A DNA stretch of 64,000 bases, from NCBI GenBank assembly GCA_040357565.1, contig JBDODJ010000033.1. One strand, given 5' to 3'. The position numbers and the translations under genes are program-made. Position 1 is the first letter of the stretch; each line of letters opens with the position of its first letter. Below, one piece after another: positions 54,947-64,000 of the stretch. The notes beneath the pieces were generated by a model. It worked only from the letters and a program-made list of their open reading frames with translations, did no database searches and was not told the DNA's origin. This DNA is from Cercozoa sp. M6MM. Taxonomy: Eukaryota > Protista > Endomyxa: Ascetosporea.

Positions 54947-55922
54947 TTCTCAGTTTTTGATGTTGACAGGGCATCATGCTTTCGCTATTCGAGAGCGGTT
55001 CAATCGTCTCTTTCATGCGCGAGAAGATCGAGAAGGTGCTTGCTGTTCACGTGACGCGAGCCGTTGTCTTTTGTACACTTCCCATGTTGTGAACAGGGCG
55101 ATGAGAAAACAAAGGAAGCCGTCGCTCAGACGCTCAGCACGCTCGGTCTCGAGGTACCGCTTCTCTTATGTGTGTGTCTGTGTGTGTTTGTGTGTGTATT
55201 TTTGGTGTATGTCGCGCAGGACGACCTGTCGAGCATCGACCACGCCGCTGCTATTCGCGCCGAAGCTGCTAGACTCACGCGTGCCGAGGTGTGTTGTACT
55301 CCCTCGGCTGTTCACTCGGCTGTTTATGCCTACTTTGCCCCGCAGGTGTTTGAGCGCCTGCGTGAGCTCGACTTCGGTCCACTCAACGCGCGCGGTGACA
55401 TGCGCCACCCGACTGTCCCGCCGACGGTAAAAACTGATTCTACAAGTGCATATGTCCCCTTACTTCTCTGGCCCTGGCTTATGGCTTCGCGTGTCGACAG
55501 CGCGAGGAGATGAAAAACTCCATGGAAGCATTGATCGATCACTTCAAGTACTACAGTGAGGGTATCCATGTGCCGCCTGGCACTACTTACGCCGCCGTTG
55601 AGGCGCCCAAGGTACCTTTCCTCAGTGTGCTTTTTTTTTTGACTGGGTGCTAATGTACTGATGCACACGTGTGCCAGGGCGAGTTTGGCGTGATGATGAA
55701 CGTGCACCCGGAGCAGCCAACGCGACCGTACCGATGCAAGATCCGTGCTCCCGGTTTCTTCCACTTGGCCGCACTCAAGGATATCGCTCGTGGCACGATG
55801 CTTGCCGATTTCGTTGGTACTGCCGGTGCATAGGCCAAAATGATTGCACGCTCGGATGTTTCTCGCTCTGTGCAGTTCTGATCGGTACGTGCGATCTTGT
55901 GTTCGGTGAGGTCGATCGCTAA
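54098..55922 (+). CDS. NDUFS2: Presequence + unknown domain fused to the C-terminal ~125 aa of complex I 49-kDa subunit (Nad7/NDUFS2/NuoD); 11 exons, ~368 aa
   Basis: Exons 55346-55426, 55501-55611, 55678-55816 and 55876-55922 give VPPT|[37 protein letters not shown]|[23 protein letters not shown]|[15 protein letters not shown]; upstream exons are in frame but not Nad7-like. Confidence 0.88.
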
Positions 55923-56467
55923 TTCGACGGCTTTATCTCAATTTTCGACTCGCAGCGACTGGAAACTTCAGTTTGAATTCCTTTTTAGTATATCTCCACT
56001 GTACCTGCTGTTGTACGGCCACGAACGAACGACGGAACCAACGGACGAGCCTGGATCGAGGTTTCAGCTGCTCGATCCTCGATCGCTTGCTGGCGTGTTC
56101 AGGCTAACTACTACACTTTCCGTTCAGTCGTCGCGTGTTCCGTTGCGGTGCGGCCGTGAGGTCTAACTGTAACAACTTTCAACAGGAATCCATCCCAGAC
56201 GGACACTCTGTGACGTGGCTGTGGCGCTCCAAACTTCCAACATGCAGGAATCCATCCCAGACGACTGACTTTCGTTGCTAGTTTTTAGTGCTGCCGAGCT
56301 CGAGGTTTCCGGACGAGCACAGTACGGCTATAGCTATAGTATGCACCTTTTGTTCGCTCTGTGTGCCGGCGGCCTCACACGCACGGCCGTTGCGGCCGCT
56401 GCGGCGACTCCGGCTAAAGTAAGCGCACCACATAGCTCATCAGAACTGTATTTGATGATGCTGCGAA

Positions 56468-57095
56468 ATGAGTGCAAGTTCAGGCACAGGTGGTGTCGTC
56501 TTCAGCACTCCTAACGGCGATACCTCCCGGTGTTAGTGGGGCTGACAGGTAAAACATGTTAACAGTGTCAAGATCCGACCTGCACTGAACTGAATACGAA
56601 CTGCGTAGCGCTCAGCATCTACTGACGTACAATCTGGGTACGGATTTGCGCTTAGAGCGACTCGAACCGGGTAATATTGGTTTAGCTCGAAAGCATGCAG
56701 GAAAACCGAAACAGGTTTGTGTTTTTGTACCGCGCGGTCGGTGCGCAGGGTTCAGCTTTCATTGGCACTCTCACCCGCACAGCGACGAGGTTTTCGTGGT
56801 GGTGTCGAGTGAACTGGAGTCGCAAAAACCGCGGCTGCAAATCTTGTTGATGCCCGAAGTAAAATTGTTTGCAGTATTTAGTTGCTCTTGACTTAAACTG
56901 TGTATTTAGACAGCGATGGAAAGTGAGAAGTGCACACACGCAGCGTCCCTTCAGTATTGTCTATTTGTTTACCCTTTCTTAATCTAAACTGGATCAACTC
57001 TGCTGAAACAGAGGCGTAAACGTGGAAGTACACAGCCTGCATGCTGGCGACTTGTTCAAGGTGTTTCACCTCGCTTTTTTTCGCGCGCGCGCGCG

Positions 57096-57161
<66 letters not shown>

Positions 57162-57319
57162 GTGTGTGTGTGTGTGTGTCATCTTGTCAAACCACACACA
57201 CACGCACGTTGCAGGTACCGGCTGGCTACTGCCACCGCGCTGTAAGTGACTCGGGCACCGACGTTTTCATTATGATCTCTCGAGAGTACACATCACATCG
57301 TCTGACTGGTCTGTCGTGA
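56468..57319 (+). CDS. Small cupin-domain protein, multi-exon; start uncertain
   Basis: FHWHSHPHSDEVFVVVS..LHAGDLFK|VPAGYCHRA, the two cupin motifs. Confidence 0.75.
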
Positions 57320-57487
57320 TCAACTACTGTGCTGTAGCATTGATTTCGTCACAGTATACTAAATACAGGCAGTAGATTGCAGACTAGTAGTAGTGTAGAC
57401 GGAAGACGCAACTGCAGTAGTACTCCGCATACAGATTAAACCTAGCAAAACAAATCGATATCCGGCCATGCCCTAGATCGCTTGAAA

Positions 57488-58110
57488 CTAGCTGAGACAA
57501 TATAGAACACAGTTTTCAGTGTCATAGATGCCTAGCGCGGCGTAACTCGGCCTGTAGCTCTCAAACACTTTGACTTCTGCTTTACTTCTTTGCATTAAGC
57601 TGAGTTTCACTCTGTTGTTTCGCGCAGCGATGCTGGCCGAATACCGCAGCCTCGCCTGTGAACTGCCGCTCTGCGACCCTGTGACGACCTTGCCGAGGAG
57701 CTCGTGCGCGTGCAACTGGAGCTGCTTAGTCTCAAGCACTGAGACTCCCTCAACTCTCGAACCGGAAAGTACTTCCCCCTGAAAAACGATGTACTAAATC
57801 AGCGGACAGCCTCTGTTTGGCGCTTTTTTGCTTTTGCATTGGCGCTTTTAAATTGAATTAACCAACTGTGTACAGCGTTCTTCTTAGGTTTGACCCGGTG
57901 TTTACGGAAACTGAACCGACTTGAAACCGCAGCTGGACGATGCTCAATTGCAACGTCAATGAGCAAACCGACCGAAGGCGAGGTACGTCGCAGCGCGATA
58001 CCGTACCGTGCGGCGTGACTGTGGTTGCTGAGGACACTCGCTGAGGACTACGTTTAAATCTGGTCTGATGTGCGGTGGATGGGCACCGTATAGATATACG
58101 CTGTGCCATA
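57488..58110 (-). CDS. Hypothetical protein
   Basis: Open terminal exon (~57488-57780) with upstream exon-like segments. Confidence 0.3.
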
Positions 58111-58192
58111 CATGCCACACACACAGTGGATATCGATAAAGATAAAAATCGACGCGAGTGCGGTGGCATGGCCTGCGCTGCAAAGGCGCACG

Positions 58193-58557
58193 CTACGTCT
58201 CATAATGAATGCCGAACACTCGTGTCATATCGGCGGCCACCTCCTATTGTGGAGCGCACATAACTGGAACGAAACAACACAATAGACACAAACACAGTAG
58301 ATCGATACCTTTGACGCCGGAGAAGCGTGCTGTGCCGACACTGCGGCCTGCTGGCGAATCCGCGAGCACAGCGTCTCGTCTTGCAGCATGGCGTCCTTGA
58401 TTCGCGGCGACACAACACCCTGCGCAGATACGAGGTTTGTCTGGTAGCACGTGGGGTGCGTGGACAGAACTACCACGGTGCCGACAGTGACGAGCCAGAA
58501 GAAGCGAGTGCGAGCAGCAAAATGACCACCCTACAGACGCGTTTCTTTCTTGTGTGT

Positions 58558-58611
<54 letters not shown>

Positions 58612-59625
58612 CAGAAAACAGGAAAAACGCACCAGAGCAACCGCAACGTCGCGCAACAGAGTGACGCACGCAGTCCACACGGCATCGTACTGCGCGTCTT
58701 CCTGTACCCGAGGTGGCACACATATACCCTTCCCTCCCCCACTCGCGACACACACACACACACACACAGACACACACACACACACACAGAACAACATACC
58801 GAACGACCCTCTCGCAGCAGACCAAACCACCTTGTGGTGTTGTGCACGGCAGCCACAACCGAGGCGGCAGCAGCGGCATGTCCCTGCGCACCCACCGCAG
58901 TCAGCATCATCTATGCCTACCACCCGCCTCAGACATATGCAGTGTGTGCCTGTACCTTGCCTTGGCAGCGTGGCAGCATAGCACACATGTGCTGTAGGAG
59001 GGTAACGCAGAACTGCAGTAACTCAGCAGGCGGCACGCCCTTCAAATACTTGGTTTATCCATGCAAATATCCGATATGAGAGGAGGTAAGACCTGCTGTC
59101 GCTCCTGTGGCGTACGCTGCCGCTTGGCGAGCAGGTTGGCGAGTGTCTTGGCCACAAGTGACAGGGCAGCGAAAGGCTGCACACCCTGCGCTGTGGACCT
59201 AGTGGTCGCCTCCTGCAGCAAGCTGATCTGTCGAGACAATGACAGGTTGCAGTCGTCGCGGCACAGCATAACTCGCACCTGTTGGCACATACCCTCGTTG
59301 CAAATGCAAGAGACACCGATGCATGCACAGTGTATTGGGAGGTACCATGTCCAGCACAGGCAGCGTGCCAATGGTCAGGACAGGCGCAGCAGCAGCGACG
59401 GCAGCGTCGACAGTCTCGGCATCCTTGCAGACGTGGTAGCTGCCCTACGCAGGGGCAGACCACCGATCGCTCATGTGTATGGCTGTGTTGCCCATCATGA
59501 TGGGTGCTGAGAGAACACACCTGCGCAGCGACGAGCGACAGCAGCGAGGCGATCGCTTGCTGCACCTGCGGCTTGTCTTCGCCCTGGTAGGCATCGGCGA
59601 CGCCAGTGACTGCGCGTTCCATGGC

Positions 59626-59694
<69 letters not shown>

Positions 59695-59951
59695 GTACAA
59701 CAGACACAGACATAGGAGTCATGTGAGTACCGATCCTGGCGGCAGCGAAGATGTCGTAGTTGCCGACCTTCCATGCCGGCAGCTGCAGTGTGAAAGGACT
59801 AGTCTCAAGTCTTCTTGTAAACAGTACGACATTAGAATTAACCCATACACACACACATACCTGTCGCGGCATCTGTGCGCGTTGCAGTTGCTGCTGCTGC
59901 AGGTGCTGCTGTCGTGCCGCTGGGTCGGCGAACTGCGACAGGTGCGCCGCA

Positions 59952-60002
<51 letters not shown>

Positions 60003-60012
60003 NNNNNNNNNN

Positions 60013-60111
<99 letters not shown>

Positions 60112-62239
60112 TACACAATGGACATAGTTAGTCAACGAATCACCTCGCCAACAGAGCCGACGTCGATGTGCGGATGTTGTGCCACAAAGGCACGTGCCAC
60201 GGCGAGAGGATCCTCGTGTTTGTTGAACCCAAGGGGAACCTGCTTGTCACCCAGCTGGACTTGCACCACGTGGTCGTACTGTAGCACCACTTAGTGCGTC
60301 GATACCTCCAATACACTCAAAAACTAACAACGGTACCTCCATGCCGTCGAGCACATTGCCAGCGTTGCCACGTGACTTCCCCAAGGCACTGCCCAGGTGC
60401 TGCCACTGACCTTGCGACCATTGGTACACCTGGAGACCGCCCTGTGACGGGTCGTTGATGACACGTGTCTCACCCTCCTTCGTTCCGGCTTGTGACAGTG
60501 CTTCCACACCCGGAAATTCCGAGGCGTCGAGTGCTTCCATGCCGCCTTGTTCTGCAATTCAACAACAGGTTGGAACTAAGTCGTACTGGTCGTACACGAG
60601 GAGATTGGCACCTTTGCCAGCGTGACACGCGTCGACGATTTCGTTGAATGCAGCGATTTCCTCTGCACTGGCTGCGCACAAAATGTGGCAAGAAGGGTGT
60701 ACGGGATGGGATAGACTGTTGGAAGGGAAGCGAGATACCAGCATCAGCAGTGCGGCGAGTGAAGACGCGACAGACGCCGTCAGTACAGGCCGTGACCAAG
60801 TCACCGTTGGGCAGCGTGCACATGTTGCGAACAGCGCCGGGGTGCTTGATCTCCTGCACGCACTGCCACGAGGTCGTGTCCCACACGCGCACCGTGCTGT
60901 CCTCGCCGGCACTGGCCACTGTCAACACATCCAAGTTGCAACAGGGCAAAAGGGCACAAGGGAAAAAGAAACCGAGATAAAGAGCAGGCACACATACCCA
61001 GCTGATCCGATAGGAAGACAGCGGCGTAGACGAATGGCGGTGTGTCACCGACTGCGGCATGAGCCACGGTTTCGCCCTTGAGTTGACACGTGCGCGTGGC
61101 TGGGTTGACTTGCCACTGCACAAAGAAACGCGTGCACGGACAAGTGCGGACCGACGCAATGTTAAGCGTGAACCAGTTTAAGCGCGCCGTCGTTGGCACA
61201 TGAGACGAAACAATGTGCGTCCTGCGGGTGCACCGCGATGGCACGGATCACGTGCGCGTGCGCGTTTTTTTCCGTGTGCACGCACTTGCCTTGCTGACTG
61301 CCCACAAACACACGGAGATGTGGTACAGACACAGATGGGTATATGCAGGCACGTACTCCCACAGGTGCAGGTGCTTCTCGGAGGCAGTGACGATGAGCGC
61401 AGAGTCACCGCTGCCGACAAGGGCGACTTCGACGCCGTACCGGTGGCCGCCCAGTGTAGCAGCAACGCGAGTGCCCGCAAACACGCGTGCCTGCAAGTTC
61501 GTTCAAGTGCAATAAAGAGAGCATACGCACGCTGAGTGAACGTACCGATCCGTCAAAGGAACCAGTCACCACGTGTTCGGAATCGATCGGAAACACTGCA
61601 CATGGTTTGGCATGATATATGTATATATAGGTACTACAAGGGACGAAGGTCACCTGAGTTGACAGCACCACCGTGCCCTTGCAGCAGGCCAAGTGACTGT
61701 GCTGTCATGGCCTTCCACACTCGCGCGTACTGGTCAGTGCCTCCTACACAAATACACACACACACACACACACACACGGCAGTACAAGAACAGGTAGATG
61801 TGTTTGTTGTTCATGTCCTACCGCTGATGAAGGTGTCTTCAGTGCCTGGCACGGCACGCAACGACAACAGCAGTTTCTGGGCACTGCAGTTTGTGCAATG
61901 ATGCTTCAGATAGAAACGTAGGCGTGCAGAGCTGTACCCATGCAGACACGCCGGGAAAATGCGCTGTGCGACCCACTTGCCTTCGTCCGACTGCAAAATG
62001 GGCCTCGCTTATGCACCCTTACAGTGCTACCAGAACAAGTACCTGGATGGCACGGTAGAGATGGCCGTGCTGTTCACCGAATACAATTATCTTCCCCTCT
62101 GGATTGGCCGCCACCACACGAAGCTGCAAACACACACACGCACACCATGCCTGCCGACCAACTGCCAGAAAGATCGACGTACGGGACCCTCTGTAGCGAG
62201 TTGTGCGGAAAGCACAAACTCCTGAGACTGCTGAGACAT
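58193..62239 (-). CDS. PLAA: Phospholipase A2-activating protein / Doa1 (WD40 + PFU + PUL), multi-exon
   Basis: WD repeats (VVTGSFDG, FVSCANDGALKL, ASAGEDSTVRVWD, LPNGDLVTACTDGVCRVF), GTKEGETRVI..YQWS..W, YDHVVQVQL..LGFNKHEDPLAVARAFV (PFU). Confidence 0.9.
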
Positions 62240-62433
62240 TAAGCACACCTCTGCACACTGTTATTAGCAAAAAATGTCAATCTGAACAAAGCCAGTGCAG
62301 AGTGCCTTCCGTGAAAGCGAAAAACGCTACTTTCGTGATCGCGCGCGTGTGGTTGGGGTCGAGCCCCGAGCTGTGCGCTTCTAGCGTGCGGCAAAAGTTC
62401 CTCTTTTGGTTTAGGAACGAATTTTAGGCGATA

Positions 62434-63933
62434 ATGTTGGGCGAAAGCGCCCCCAACCCAGCGAAAACGACAGAAATCGCTGATGCCAAGGAGACGACCT
62501 TCACTGACTCAGAAGTAAGCTTTTTCGCTGGATGCTTGTTGATCTTCACTGCATCGACCTTATCTCAAAAATTTGGCACTTAGAACACGACCGCCGAGAA
62601 GGGTAATCTCAGCAACGATGGTCGGCCCGACGCGACTATAAAAGCTGACTCTGAGAAAGAAGAGGAAGTCACTGTAGCGCCTCTCATCCCAGCTGAATCC
62701 CTCACTCCGGTCGCTCTCGAACGAAACTCAGGGTTAGTCTTCATGAAACTTCACGACGTGCTTGATTTCGTTTTTCCTTGCAATGAAATACATCCGCGCA
62801 CTGCTGCGCGTCTTTTCTTGTTTGGTACAGTGCTGATCTGAGTTATTTGACTATCACTCTGCAACAAGCAACGTGTGATGTTCTTGTCCAAACAGCTGAG
62901 TATGGCCCAGTCAAGAGATCGCACTGCATTTCTTCGGGTTGTTTCTGTCGGGCATGCTCTGACAAAATTCGACGTTGCAGAACAGCTTCCCTGATCGCAC
63001 GACAGCTTGCCGACGAGGTGCATGTGACGTCGGGTACCACTATTTTAAGTAGTGCGCTTGGTTTGTTATGCTCTTAAAATGGAACAGGTTCCTCTGGCTT
63101 TAGCGGTGGAGAAAGTGCCGATATCGATACCTCGTCAGCAGTATCTATATCCGACGCGAAAGAAGTTCTGTGTAGTCGATGCGTTCAGCACTGCCAAGAG
63201 GTAACTTTTCCCGGATCTTTTTCGTTGTCTTGGTGCCCCTACTACTTTACCAACTGAAAGGTCACACATATCTTTGGCGGTATTCGTGGATCGAACGTTG
63301 TGGCACGACATGAACTCTCAATGCTTATCTCTTCGTTCTACAAAGATGAACTGACGACGGCGTACGGCGTGCCCATAAGCACCTCCATCGCAGAGCGAGA
63401 AGCTTTTTTCTCGAAACTGCCTCAAAAGGCACGTATTCCGCAGGACTACAATCGCGTCGAAGTGTGCAAGCTTCTGCTCCCGAAAGAGCGACGTGCGTGG
63501 CTTGACACCCTCACAGCAATTCGGAGTGGCACTCACGCGCAATCGACAACAATGTCACGCGTCGATCTGGAGAACACCTTTTGTAAACTCACATGCTACG
63601 TTGATCATGCTTGCAGTTTGGGCGCAGATGAAAACTGCTACGGTAGGGGAAGAATTAGAACGAAACACGACGCTGGAGTTCCATGAAGTCAGTCGTCGTC
63701 TGCGCAAACATTTTGCTGCTCGCGTTCGACGACTCAAACAACTGATCGACTCCGAGTTTGGCGTAATTTTGCACATCAACTCATGTGCTCGGGCCAAAGA
63801 GCTTTTTGTGCACAGAGTAAAACGACAAAGTATGGCCCTCGCCTGCCTATCGTCCAGCAAACGCGCGCACAACGACTTCGGGCACTTCAAGGAGTCACGC
63901 ACTTCATGGAAACGCGTCGCACAATGTCCTTGA
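62434..63933 (+). CDS. Hypothetical protein, multi-exon; may continue beyond the window
   Basis: Starts divergently from PLAA; GT-AG joined open segments; no family recognised. Confidence 0.35.
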
Positions 63934-64000
63934 TGCATGCACATGCCTTTCAGCTGGCACGAGGTATCGATAGCACCGGCGTCTACATGCTCCGAGAATG

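Overview
Compact, intron-rich nuclear DNA from a eukaryotic protist, with short GT-AG introns, abundant (CA/TG)n and (GA)n microsatellites, and several N-gaps. A B9D2 gene suggests a cilium, and complex I and MICOS genes suggest cristate mitochondria. The ORF track is largely uninformative, so gene models were assembled by hand across introns and boundaries are approximate. Recognisable genes: NAR1/CIAO3, YjbQ, B9D2, FKBP-TPR, a Mic60/mitofilin, an RGG+W2 protein, an SPFH protein, an ER-type ankyrin protein, RRP12, a methyltransferase-like protein, FolD, PH-PP2C, a MetAP1, an ankyrin protein, an Arl8-related GTPase, a Nad7/NDUFS2 fragment, a cupin and PLAA/Doa1. There are also two solo LTRs and a (TAAC)n-tailed LINE-like repeat family. 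Two mitochondrial oddities stand out. First, a Mic60 is spliced in frame to a UMP-CMP/adenylate-kinase domain (18872-20912, minus). Second, a nuclear gene encodes only the C-terminal ~125 aa of complex I Nad7 behind a presequence and an unrelated ~200-aa domain (54098-55922, plus), which suggests a split nad7.
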